In this document: one piece after another, positions 45,041 to 53,656 of the stretch
How positions within the stretch are numbered: the first letter of the stretch is position 1
How the letters are laid out: each line of letters begins with the position of its first letter
Virus record (IMG/VR): IMGVR_UViG_3300037805_000525
Coordinates: 32,001-96,000 of that record
From: a virus
Length of the DNA: 64,000 nucleotides
Direction: 5' to 3' (one strand)
Notes under the pieces: model-generated
The model's input: only the letters and a program-made list of their open reading frames with translations
The model's database searches: none
What the model was told of the DNA's origin: nothing
Program-made: the position numbers and the translations under genes

Positions 45041-45150
45041 CACTATGCGTCAGTACTCGCACCCAGCGAGTCACGTTCCGTCAACAGCAGCTCTTGGTTG
45101 GAAGCCTACGGAGCTGCGCTGACACAACGGTTTAGTGCGCGGAGGATGTT

Positions 45151-45702
45151 GTGAAGCAACAAGCAATTCAGTGGGTGGACCTGAACGGGAATAGGTGGCA
45201 TTGCTCGGAGCATACGCCGCAGGTTGTGTCCAAAGGTCGCCGAGGAAACTTTCAGCCAATGTCCTGCGGGATGATGCGTCGGTGGCTGCGGTGGGTCTGC
45301 TCCGAGCGGATCTCGAACGAGGACATCGACAGCTGGTTGGTGTGCCCCCCGGTGCTCGGGCCGGGGGAGGTGTTCGACGAAGATGCGCTGGTCGCGGAGC
45401 GTACGGGGGACCCCGAGCTGTGCCGGTTCCTTGAGGACATGGTCCCGCTCGCAATCCAGCTCAGCGCTGAGGACGCGGGCATCTTCTACGACATCCCACG
45501 AACCGAGGCGGCCCTTTGCCTCATCGAGGAGGCGCTGCGGCTCCCGCACGGTGTTCGGCTTTCCTGGGAGATTCAGGGCGTCGATGCGACGGAGCCGCTC
45601 GGCATCCGTGTGCGGACCCTGATGGAGTCTTGGCCGGGTCTGAAGAACGGCGCTTTGGCGACACTCTTCCGATTGGGCGCCTTCATCATACCGGCCAACT
45701 GA
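45151..45702 (+). CDS. hypothetical protein
   Basis: RBS ggagg. Confidence 0.7.
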   Translation: MKQQAIQWVDLNGNRWHCSEHTPQVVSKGRRGNFQPMSCGMMRRWLRWVCSERISNEDIDSWLVCPPVLGPGEVFDEDALVAERTGDPELCRFLEDMVPLAIQLSAEDAGIFYDIPRTEAALCLIEEALRLPHGVRLSWEIQGVDATEPLGIRVRTLMESWPGLKNGALATLFRLGAFIIPAN

Positions 45703-46135
45703 GCAAGGGCCTCGTGTGCGTGTACATGTGCGCACCACGTGCCCACGTGGTGCGCGCACGCGCTCCCACCCGCATTAAACACCCCACAAAACCCCTAAAG
45801 GGTTTTTGGGTGTGTTTACTTTTATTGGCGTAGTTTGGCTAGGTAACTTGGGCACAAACCTACTATCCCGAAAAGATGTGGGTAGACTGGCCTACCGAAT
45901 GCCTGGGCGGACGCATCGGCGCGTGGATGTATCGGCGTGTGTGGATGCATCCACACACGGGTGCATCCACGCCCGCACGAGGGAAACTCCTCGCAGGGGC
46001 CTTCCGCTTGCGCTTGCGCGCACTTAGCACGTGCCCCTATTTGCGGTGCAAATAGGAACCCGCGCTTCTTTTTTTTCTAGTCGGCTTCGCCTCCAAGACA
46101 CCCGGCTGAAGCCCCGGAAACACAGGGATTTTTTA
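45703..46135. other. palindrome-dense non-coding region (origin or RNA candidate)
   Basis: perfect 24-bp palindrome at 45936-45959, four ggRyGyATC-like repeats, several further hairpins, AT-rich patches. Confidence 0.5.
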
Positions 46136-47269
46136 ATGCGAAAGATAGGCATTGTCGACGACCTGCTCAACAAGTGGCCAGAGCTGCACGCCACACTCAC
46201 GCAGACCCTATCGAACCTGGAGGGGCAGACTGCGATGTTCGATCTACTGCTATCCGCTCCCCAGGATATCGTGCTCCTGCCGGACAGTGAGCAGGGCGTG
46301 TTTTTCCAGGCGCGGCAGAAGCTGATCGGCGGCGTTGAGGACGGCCTTCGGATGTTCTTTTACGCCGATGGGACGTTCATAGACGACGCGTCGGAGGCGA
46401 AGTACGCGGTGCAGCAGGGGTGGGTCTACAGGTACTACCCAGTCGAAGGGGACCGCATCCTGGTCGAGGTTCCGTACCGCGAAATCGACAGCGATCTGGC
46501 GCGGCACTTCTTCTATGGCCTGGCCTCGCTGAACGTGCAGGAGGGGCGAGGGGCGTACCACAAGCGTGTTACGTCAGTTCGGTACGCAGTGCACAAGGTG
46601 ACGCTCAGTATGTCGGACTTCAAGGAGTTCGCTAACCGGTGCGACGAACACCAATGGGACGTAGAGGATTTCGACGACGTCAAGGAGATCGTCGGGCAGG
46701 AGCTCGCTCACGCAGAGGCCGCAGTGGCACGGGCGGCGGACCACTTGGAGGACTTCAGGCGGATCGTCTCAGACGGTGCGGCCATGTCCGCGATACACAA
46801 CGAGGCGTTCAAGGTTGTGAACGTTCGGTCGGCCATGACCTCAGCGATGGCACACGCAAACGCACGAATCCGATCGCTCCCTGCTGGAGGGTTGCGGGCG
46901 CAGTACCAGCGCCAGATGGACGTGCTCAGTGAACGTGCGGCAGGTATTAAGGAGGTTAACCTGACGGCGATCGCTACGTCTGCGGTCGTCGACCCAACAG
47001 CGCGGGCGGCCTCTCTGTACGCACCGCTGAAAGATGAGCTGGCCAGGCTCGCGCGTGCGTACCCGGTGCTGCGCGCGCTCACCGTCCACGAGGACGATCA
47101 CATAGAGGTTCGCAGCGCCACCGGGTCGGTGCACCTCAACGGAGACGGTTCGTCGAGGATCACGGGCACCTTGACGGACAACGTTAGGACGAGTACTAAG
47201 GCCCGCGCAACACGCATGCAAGGCATACGTGCGCAGCGCAAGAAGCGGCTCGAAGCCGCCAAAGACTAA
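46136..47269 (+). CDS. hypothetical protein with coiled-coil C-terminal half
   Basis: ATG at 46136 in ORF 46031..47269. Confidence 0.7.
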   Translation: MRKIGIVDDLLNKWPELHATLTQTLSNLEGQTAMFDLLLSAPQDIVLLPDSEQGVFFQARQKLIGGVEDGLRMFFYADGTFIDDASEAKYAVQQGWVYRYYPVEGDRILVEVPYREIDSDLARHFFYGLASLNVQEGRGAYHKRVTSVRYAVHKVTLSMSDFKEFANRCDEHQWDVEDFDDVKEIVGQELAHAEAAVARAADHLEDFRRIVSDGAAMSAIHNEAFKVVNVRSAMTSAMAHANARIRSLPAGGLRAQYQRQMDVLSERAAGIKEVNLTAIATSAVVDPTARAASLYAPLKDELARLARAYPVLRALTVHEDDHIEVRSATGSVHLNGDGSSRITGTLTDNVRTSTKARATRMQGIRAQRKKRLEAAKD

Positions 47270-47286
47270 GCCCCCCTCTGCCGGAA

Positions 47287-47303
47287 ATATCACACTGTGA
47301 TAT
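47287..47303. promoter_or_regulatory. 17-bp palindrome site 12 (extends to a 27-bp palindrome, 47282-47308)
   Basis: cggaaATATCACA-C-TGTGATATttccg immediately upstream of the ParB promoter. Confidence 0.9.
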
Positions 47304-47308
47304 TTCCG

Positions 47309-47335
47309 CAGTTTCACGAAAATAGCTGGTATAAG
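47309..47335 (+). promoter_or_regulatory. putative phage promoter
   Basis: cagt-N15-GGTATAAG. Confidence 0.6.
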
Positions 47336-47385
47336 CAATTTACTCCTAGGACACCAACAGCCCCTAGGACCTGGAGATCGCGCTC

Positions 47386-48636
47386 ATGTCCGACGTTGAA
47401 ATGACGACCGAAGAAGAAGCCGCCACCGAAATCACCGAGCTTGAGATCCCGCCCGAAGAAGAGCTGCTGCTCGTTGAGCACGGCACCGAGTGGATCGCGC
47501 TGGGCGACATCGACACCGAAACCTTCGTGAACCCGCGCGGTGACGTGGGTGATTTGACCGAACTCAAGCAGTCCCTCCTTGCCTCTGGCGTGCTCGTCCC
47601 GCTGAGCGTGGTGATCATCAGCCCAACCGGCATCCTCGACGAGGACAACCAGGCGGAAGCCGTACTGCTGCTCGACGGTCAGCGCCGCCTCGCTGCGATG
47701 CGGGAGCTCCACGACGGCATCAACGAGCACAACGAGCGGGTTGCCCGCGATGGCGGCTTCGACGACCTCGACAGCACGTACCTGTTCGTGGTTGACGACG
47801 GCAAGGGCAACATGGTGCCCAACCCCGACGTGATCCCGCAGGCGTTCTCGGAGCAGTCCTGCAGCGTGAGCATCGCGCGCGCCTGGAGCGAGGAGCTCCA
47901 GAGCGAGATGCTCGTGCGCGCAGCGCTCATCAACGAGAAGCGTGAGTCGATGACCGACTACGACCGCTACTGCTACGTGTGCCGCCTGTCCGAGCTGGGC
48001 ATGCGCCAGGTCGACATCGGCAAGAAGCTCACTCGCGCACAGGCGTGGGTGTCCGGCGCGGTCAGCGTCAAGAAGAACGGCTCCAGCGTGCTGATCACCG
48101 CGATCAAGGAGGGCAAGGTCTCGCTCCGTCGTGGCTTCGAGATCGCCAAGCACAACAAGCGCGAGCAGGCTGCGCTCGTCGCAGGCAAGGCGCCGGCGAA
48201 GAAGTCGACCTTCCGCTCAAGCCGTGAGATCTACGCCGACGTCGTGGCGATGAGCAACCCCGAGGCCTACGTCGATGTTGACGAGGCGCATCGCCAGATG
48301 ATGATTCGTACGTTCCGCTACATCATGGGCGATGCGGGCGTGACGCTCGAGCAGCTGATGTACCCGCCCGAGCCCGAGAACGATGTGGCCACGTCCACGA
48401 AGTCCCTGCTCGACCTGATCCCCGAGGCACGTCGTCGGGCGCCCAAGGCGAAGGTCACGCCCAAGAAGCCCGCAACGAAGAAGGCGCCGAAGAAGGCCGC
48501 GCCGAAGAAGGCCGCACCGAAGAAGGACGCACCGAAGAAGGTCGCCCCCAAGGCGAAGGCCCCCGCCAGCACTGCCAAGCCCGCGCGCCCTCGCCGGGCC
48601 GCGCGCCCTCGCCGGACCAAGCCCGCCGCTGAGTAA
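47386..48636 (+). CDS. parB: ParB/Spo0J-family protein with histone H1-like PKKA tail
   Basis: NPR...LKQSL..GVLVPL...DGQRRLAA ParB N-domain; NEKRE; HTH MRQVDIGKKLTRAQAWVS; KKAAP repeats. Confidence 0.85.
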   Translation: MSDVEMTTEEEAATEITELEIPPEEELLLVEHGTEWIALGDIDTETFVNPRGDVGDLTELKQSLLASGVLVPLSVVIISPTGILDEDNQAEAVLLLDGQRRLAAMRELHDGINEHNERVARDGGFDDLDSTYLFVVDDGKGNMVPNPDVIPQAFSEQSCSVSIARAWSEELQSEMLVRAALINEKRESMTDYDRYCYVCRLSELGMRQVDIGKKLTRAQAWVSGAVSVKKNGSSVLITAIKEGKVSLRRGFEIAKHNKREQAALVAGKAPAKKSTFRSSREIYADVVAMSNPEAYVDVDEAHRQMMIRTFRYIMGDAGVTLEQLMYPPEPENDVATSTKSLLDLIPEARRRAPKAKVTPKKPATKKAPKKAAPKKAAPKKDAPKKVAPKAKAPASTAKPARPRRAARPRRTKPAAE

Positions 48637-48659
48637 GGCCTCGGCAACCACCTAGAAGG

Positions 48660-48695
48660 GGCCGCGATTCTCACGAGTCGCGGCCTTTTTTTTTT
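48660..48695 (+). terminator. intrinsic terminator
   Basis: ggccgcgatt...agtcgcggcc followed by T10. Confidence 0.85.
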
Positions 48696-48723
48696 GCCAA
48701 ATTTTAGAGGACGAAAGTGGAGC

Positions 48724-50409
48724 ATGGACGCCAGACTCGAACTACGTAACCGCCTGCGGGCGATTCACCCACTCATCGCAATCCAAACCCTGGAAGAGGA
48801 GCGGACGATACTGGAGATCGTACGCATGCTCGAGCAGGAGGCCGCCGGACTCGAGGAGGCGCGTGCGTACGACATCTTCCAGTGGGACGTGATCAACGCA
48901 CTACGCCCTATCCAGTCGGTAACGCCCGCACTGCTTCCGGGTAAGAAGAAAGACGTGCGTCCACTACTCGATATCGTAGACCGCGCTATCTCCACTGAGT
49001 ACGCCGGACATCTGGTCATCTTTGTGAAGGACGCCTACGAGATCTTCATCGCCCCCACCACGGCGACCTCGCTGCGGCGCGTGCTCAAGACAATGGTCAA
49101 CCGTGACCCCGAGCGAAAGCTGTACCTCACGGTCATCCTGCTGGACCACACGATGCCAGCGCACCCGACACTTGAAGAGGACATGGTCGCGATCGAGTGG
49201 CCGTTGCCCACACGTGAGGAGCTCGGTGAGTGCTTCTCATCGGAGGCGCTACTCTCGCTGGTTGGCGACGAGCTGCGTGAAGGCCTCGCGTTTTTCGATG
49301 ACGATGTCAAGGCGGGCAGCGAGTGCGAATCTGCGCTGGAGCACATTCAGAACCTCGCGGATGCGGCGCAAGGGCTCAAGATGTCCGAGGCCAAGCACGC
49401 GTTCGTGCTGGCGTTCGGGTCGGAGGCGGACCTCGGCGGTGTGTCCCCGCGGCATATCGTCAAGGCGAAGGAGCAGCTGATTGGCCGCAGTGGTCTTCTG
49501 ACGTTCCACCAGCCTGAGGGGACGTTGGCGGACGTTGGTGGCCTGGACCTGCTGAAGGGTTGGCTGCGCGAGCGGCGGCGCGCGTTCGGCCCGGACGCCG
49601 CAGCCTTCGGACTCCCCTCGCCAAAGGCTGTACTCCTGGTGGGCCCGCCGGGTACAGGCAAGAGCATCGTCCCGCGACTTGTAGGCGCTGAGTGGGGCAT
49701 GCCCGTTCTGCAGCTAGACATGGGGCAGCTGATGAACTCCATGCTCGGGCAGTCCGAGGCCAACTTGCGTGACGCGCTCCGAACTGCTGAGGCGGCTGCG
49801 CCGGCAATCCTGTGGTTCGACGAGATCGAGAAGGCGATAGGCACGGGTGGCGACCGAGACGGCGGCACCAGCGGACGAATACTTGCTACCTGGCTCACCT
49901 GGATGGCCGAGAAGGAGGCGCCGGTGTTTGTCATCGCGAGCGCCAACGACCCCTTGAAGCTCCCCGCGGAGGTGACCCGCGTCGGCCGATTTGATCGGAC
50001 GTTCTACGTTGGGTTCCCGAATACGAAGGAGCGCGCAGAGATTTTCGCAGTACACTTGCGAAAACGTGGCCGGGACCCGGACGACTTCAACCTGCAGCTT
50101 CTGGCAAGCCGCTCTGACGGATTCAGCGGCGCTGAGATTGAGGGCGCTATTATTGGCGCGCTCTTCAAAGCGTTTGACCGGAATGCGCCCGACGTGGAAA
50201 TGGTCGACCTACTTGACGAGTGCGCGGGACTTACCCCACTGAGCGTGTCAAACGCGGAACAGCTCAGGCCTATGATCGAGTGGGCGGAGAGCAACGCGAA
50301 GCACGCAAGTGTCCACGACACACCGGCTACAGTGGCGTCCGGTGGGCGCGGTCGTAGCCGCGTTGTCTCGCGCCGAAACCGGCTGGCGATGAACAAAAAG
50401 ATCGGCTAG
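48724..50409 (+). CDS. Ycf46-like AAA+ ATPase
   Basis: VGGLDLLKGWL, Walker A GPPGTGKS, Walker B ILWFDEIEKA, GRFD; inactive N-terminal AAA domain. Confidence 0.9.
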   Translation: MDARLELRNRLRAIHPLIAIQTLEEERTILEIVRMLEQEAAGLEEARAYDIFQWDVINALRPIQSVTPALLPGKKKDVRPLLDIVDRAISTEYAGHLVIFVKDAYEIFIAPTTATSLRRVLKTMVNRDPERKLYLTVILLDHTMPAHPTLEEDMVAIEWPLPTREELGECFSSEALLSLVGDELREGLAFFDDDVKAGSECESALEHIQNLADAAQGLKMSEAKHAFVLAFGSEADLGGVSPRHIVKAKEQLIGRSGLLTFHQPEGTLADVGGLDLLKGWLRERRRAFGPDAAAFGLPSPKAVLLVGPPGTGKSIVPRLVGAEWGMPVLQLDMGQLMNSMLGQSEANLRDALRTAEAAAPAILWFDEIEKAIGTGGDRDGGTSGRILATWLTWMAEKEAPVFVIASANDPLKLPAEVTRVGRFDRTFYVGFPNTKERAEIFAVHLRKRGRDPDDFNLQLLASRSDGFSGAEIEGAIIGALFKAFDRNAPDVEMVDLLDECAGLTPLSVSNAEQLRPMIEWAESNAKHASVHDTPATVASGGRGRSRVVSRRNRLAMNKKIG

Positions 50410-50411
50410 CA

Positions 50412-51329
50412 ATGCGCAGACGTCTATGCGGGATCCCGTCGCTCGACGCACACGGCGGGCTGTCACCCGGCGTCGTAGAGCTCTACGGTGCTGCGGATGA
50501 CTTCATGGATGAGACCGCGTGGTACCTAGTAGAGGCACATGACGGGCCGTGCGCCTGGGTGGCGGCCGCGGATTCGGATACCACCGGGATCTCGCGCACG
50601 GATGTGGCACACATACGGCCGGTTACTAGCGAGGCCGCCATCGAGGCCACAGACTTACTCCTGGGAGTTACTGGGATGTTGGTCGTGGTCGACCGGATGA
50701 CGGCGCTACCGCCACACGCATACATGCAGCAGCTGGAAGTGTTGGACAGGTACGAAGCGCAGATCAAACTGCTGTCGCACGCAATGATCATCTGGCGTGC
50801 GTCAGCTGAGGCGCACGGGTCCACGCTCATCCTGATCAATGAGCTGCGCTACTCCAGGGACAACGGAATTCGACCGTTCCTACCCGCCGCGACAGCCGGG
50901 CGTACGTGCGCGCGGATACGCTGTAGGCGTGGGACGACCGAGGCACGCTACGAGCTCCCGTACATGTTGCGGGTGCATGTCGACTGGCAGGCCCACGGTA
51001 CATTCGGGTCGTCTGAGCTAGAGTTCTTCGCAGGGAGGGTGCCATCACCAGGGTGGCAGTACTACAGGATACTGATCCCGCTTCCTTGCGTAGAGCGCAG
51101 GGGCACGTATTCGTCGTTCACGTTCGACGGGGAATCCGTGCGGTACGGACCAGGTAAGCTGGACATGGCCGACCAGATGGCCGCACACGGAACATTCGAC
51201 AACATTCGTGAGTCTTGCCTGACTCACCTAAGGGAGCTTCATGAAATTCCGAATCACTATAACCAAGGCCGGCGACGTAAAGCAGGACATCGAAAACGTA
51301 TCCGGGCAAAGCTGCCAAGGCGAAGGTGA
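50412..51329 (+). CDS. degenerate RecA/UvsX-like protein lacking Walker A
   Basis: GIPSLDAHGGLSPGVVELYG, LVVVDRMTAL and LILINELR present, GKT absent. Confidence 0.65.
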   Translation: MRRRLCGIPSLDAHGGLSPGVVELYGAADDFMDETAWYLVEAHDGPCAWVAAADSDTTGISRTDVAHIRPVTSEAAIEATDLLLGVTGMLVVVDRMTALPPHAYMQQLEVLDRYEAQIKLLSHAMIIWRASAEAHGSTLILINELRYSRDNGIRPFLPAATAGRTCARIRCRRGTTEARYELPYMLRVHVDWQAHGTFGSSELEFFAGRVPSPGWQYYRILIPLPCVERRGTYSSFTFDGESVRYGPGKLDMADQMAAHGTFDNIRESCLTHLRELHEIPNHYNQGRRRKAGHRKRIRAKLPRRR

Positions 51330-51441
51330 GCGCTTCGCCAACCACATGATCGGTACTACGGGCCACATCGTGGACGAGACGCTCAAGCCCGAGTTCTACT
51401 TGGCTGAGGAAGAGGACGTCACGCAGGGCACGCTGGTATGA
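51241..51441 (+). CDS. DUF2997-like small protein
   Basis: ITITKAGDV...SGQSC...LKPEFY; adjacent to Ycf46-like AAA. Confidence 0.75.
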   Translation: MKFRITITKAGDVKQDIENVSGQSCQGEGERFANHMIGTTGHIVDETLKPEFYLAEEEDVTQGTLV

Positions 51442-52019
51442 CACCGGGCCCTAGCATCGCCGAGGTCAACGTCCCGGCGGCAGGTGCGCTCGGCGAGGGC
51501 GTGATCGCGACGGTACATTTTGACGGCTGCACCCTCGCGTGCGCTGGGTGCTGGAATAAACACCTTTGGCCGCACAAGGCGTGCGACGAGTCCCTGGGGT
51601 CTGTCGCTAAGGCCGTGGCTGCGAAGCTGGCTTGTACACGCCTTGACGGCATTGTATGGAGCGGTGGTGAGCCTCTCCAGTACCCCCACTTCCCAGCATT
51701 CTGCCAGCAGGTGCTAATCGAGCTCAACCGGCCTAAGGTGTGGACGTTTCTGTACACGGGCTACGCGGGCTGCGAGCTGCCGCGCATCCGCTTCAGCGAC
51801 TCTGTCCTGCGGATGTGTGGTGTGGACGGGCTGTGTGGCGGGAGGTACAACCCAGAGAAGGTAGAAGGCGCACGCTGGCCAGCAACTTCAACGAACCAGG
51901 AGGTTGTGTGGCTCACCGACAGAGCGCGTGGGAAGCTGCGCAAGACCTCAGTGACCCGCATCACCGCAGCCACAACAACACAGCTCGGGGCTGACGGCCC
52001 CCTGACGGAGGTACTATGA
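51438..52019 (+). CDS. radical SAM / NrdG-like activase
   Basis: GCTLACAGCWN (CxxxCxxC), SGGEPLQ, YTGY, STNQ. Confidence 0.85.
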   Translation: MTPGPSIAEVNVPAAGALGEGVIATVHFDGCTLACAGCWNKHLWPHKACDESLGSVAKAVAAKLACTRLDGIVWSGGEPLQYPHFPAFCQQVLIELNRPKVWTFLYTGYAGCELPRIRFSDSVLRMCGVDGLCGGRYNPEKVEGARWPATSTNQEVVWLTDRARGKLRKTSVTRITAATTTQLGADGPLTEVL

Positions 52020-52462
52020 GCCACCAGGTTAAGCTAGTCACGGCAATCGACGACATTGACGACCTTGAGACGATGCTCGAGGAAGTGTTCGGGCTGAAGT
52101 GCGTTCGCAACGGCATCGGCAAGGGCTACTACAAGAAGGATGTGGTCAACTACGACCTGATGCTGGTGTCCGACTTTAAGCGGGACTTCGGGTTCAGCGC
52201 GGTGGACGGGAAGATGCAGCTGCAGCTGGACAGCATGGACCATGGCCGCCTGGACGAGCTGCTGCGCGGTAAGGTCGACGAGGCGTACGCGCCCGTCGCA
52301 CAGGTTGCCACCCGGTACAAGCCAATAGAGATGCTCACCATGTGCTACCAGGCGCACAAAGCAGTCACGTACCACGAGCAGCTCGGCCGGAGCATTGAGA
52401 TGTCAGTGCTTGGCGGCGTCCTGGAGATCGTTGCTGAGGACGCGGGGGCCGTTCGAATCTGA
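52016..52462 (+). CDS. DUF1257/Ycf35-like protein
   Basis: MSH....T.I.D...L..L N-terminus and DFGF motif; cluster context. Confidence 0.7.
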   Translation: MSHQVKLVTAIDDIDDLETMLEEVFGLKCVRNGIGKGYYKKDVVNYDLMLVSDFKRDFGFSAVDGKMQLQLDSMDHGRLDELLRGKVDEAYAPVAQVATRYKPIEMLTMCYQAHKAVTYHEQLGRSIEMSVLGGVLEIVAEDAGAVRI

Positions 52463-52478
52463 CAGCGCCTTCGGGCGG

Positions 52479-52505
52479 AGAGGCGCCCACGCGCCTCTTT
52501 TTTAG
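52479..52505 (+). terminator. intrinsic terminator
   Basis: agaggcgc-ccac-gcgcctct followed by tttttag. Confidence 0.75.
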
Positions 52506-52516
52506 CGCACACCCAA

Positions 52517-52533
52517 TTATCACACTGTGATAA
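52517..52533. promoter_or_regulatory. 17-bp palindrome site 13
   Basis: TTATCACA-C-TGTGATAA. Confidence 0.9.
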
Positions 52534-52562
52534 TTTGCTACGCACGTAACAGGAGGACAGTG

Positions 52563-52934
52563 ATGGTTTTTCTCACCCTCAAGAAGCTCGCGTCTAATGC
52601 ATGGGATGGGCTACGCCAAGTGCCTGGGTGGTTAGTGTTCGTGGTGTTAGTCGCGTTCGCGACGCTGGCGTACCTGTACAGGAGGCAAGTGCTCCTGGTG
52701 CGCGTTGCGGAGATCCGACGCGAGGAGATGGACATAGAGCGCGAGCTTGCGGTCAGGCGCAAAGATGCGGCAGGCCGCGCAGATGCCCGCGTGGACGCGG
52801 CCGAAGTTGCGCTCAAGAAGCGCGTCAAGGAGATCACTGAGGTCAAGCTGAAGATCAACGCACAACGCGCTGAGGGGATTACGGGGCTAGCTGACGCCTG
52901 GAACGAGCGTATCCGCAGGCGGCGTAAGTCGTGA
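52563..52934 (+). CDS. putative inner-membrane spanin-like protein
   Basis: N-terminal TM plus coiled coil; near holin. Confidence 0.5.
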   Translation: MVFLTLKKLASNAWDGLRQVPGWLVFVVLVAFATLAYLYRRQVLLVRVAEIRREEMDIERELAVRRKDAAGRADARVDAAEVALKKRVKEITEVKLKINAQRAEGITGLADAWNERIRRRRKS

Positions 52935-53341
52935 GGGCGCTCACGCTACTACTTACGCTCAGTACGGCCCACGCACAAGTCGGCGGGCTACCCTGCGAAG
53001 AGGCCATCCCGATGACGGTACCGTGTGCCGGGATCCTGCTTCCCGAAGTGGACACGTACGAGGGCTTCGAGTGTCTTGAGGTGACCATCCCGGAGATGAA
53101 GGCGCAGACCGAGCACCGCGACCTCCTGCACGCGGTGGAGGTCAAGGAGCTCGCAGATAGCATCTTCGCGTGCGAGGACGCGCGCGCGAAGACTAAGGCG
53201 CTCCTAAAGAAGGCCCTCGGGACGGTACCCGTGCCCCCGAAGGAGCCCTGGTACCGCGCAACGTGGGTGGAGGTGACTGTAGTGGTGGGTGCGTTTGTTC
53301 TGGGCGGGGTCGCGGTTCATTACATAAAGAAGGCCGACTAG
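52931..53341 (+). CDS. putative spanin-like secreted protein
   Basis: signal peptide, coiled coil, PWY motif, C-terminal TM. Confidence 0.5.
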   Translation: MRALTLLLTLSTAHAQVGGLPCEEAIPMTVPCAGILLPEVDTYEGFECLEVTIPEMKAQTEHRDLLHAVEVKELADSIFACEDARAKTKALLKKALGTVPVPPKEPWYRATWVEVTVVVGAFVLGGVAVHYIKKAD

Positions 53342-53350
53342 AGGTGTGGC

Positions 53351-53656
53351 CTACTCGGGCTTGAAGTTTTCAAGGTAGGCGCGCACTTTGGCATAGATGA
53401 TCGTAGAGAACATCCCACCAACACCGCCAGCACACAGCCGAAGAAGGCTGAAGTCCGCATCTGACGACTCCGGAATGAGGCCAATTGCCAACCCAAAGCT
53501 GATCGCCGCCACGCGAATCAGCCAGTCGCTCATCCACTCAGCGAGGAATCGCTTGAATAGCGGCTTCACCATCTCGACGCCGAAGCCGGCAAACAAGCCG
53601 GCAACCACTACAAGCTGGAGGGCGGCGCCGTAGTTGTCTGGTCGTAGTATCTCCAT
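53351..53656 (-). CDS. putative holin
   Basis: 101 aa, three hydrophobic segments, charged C-terminus. Confidence 0.55.
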   Translation of the reverse strand: MEILRPDNYGAALQLVVVAGLFAGFGVEMVKPLFKRFLAEWMSDWLIRVAAISFGLAIGLIPESSDADFSLLRLCAGGVGGMFSTIIYAKVRAYLENFKPE

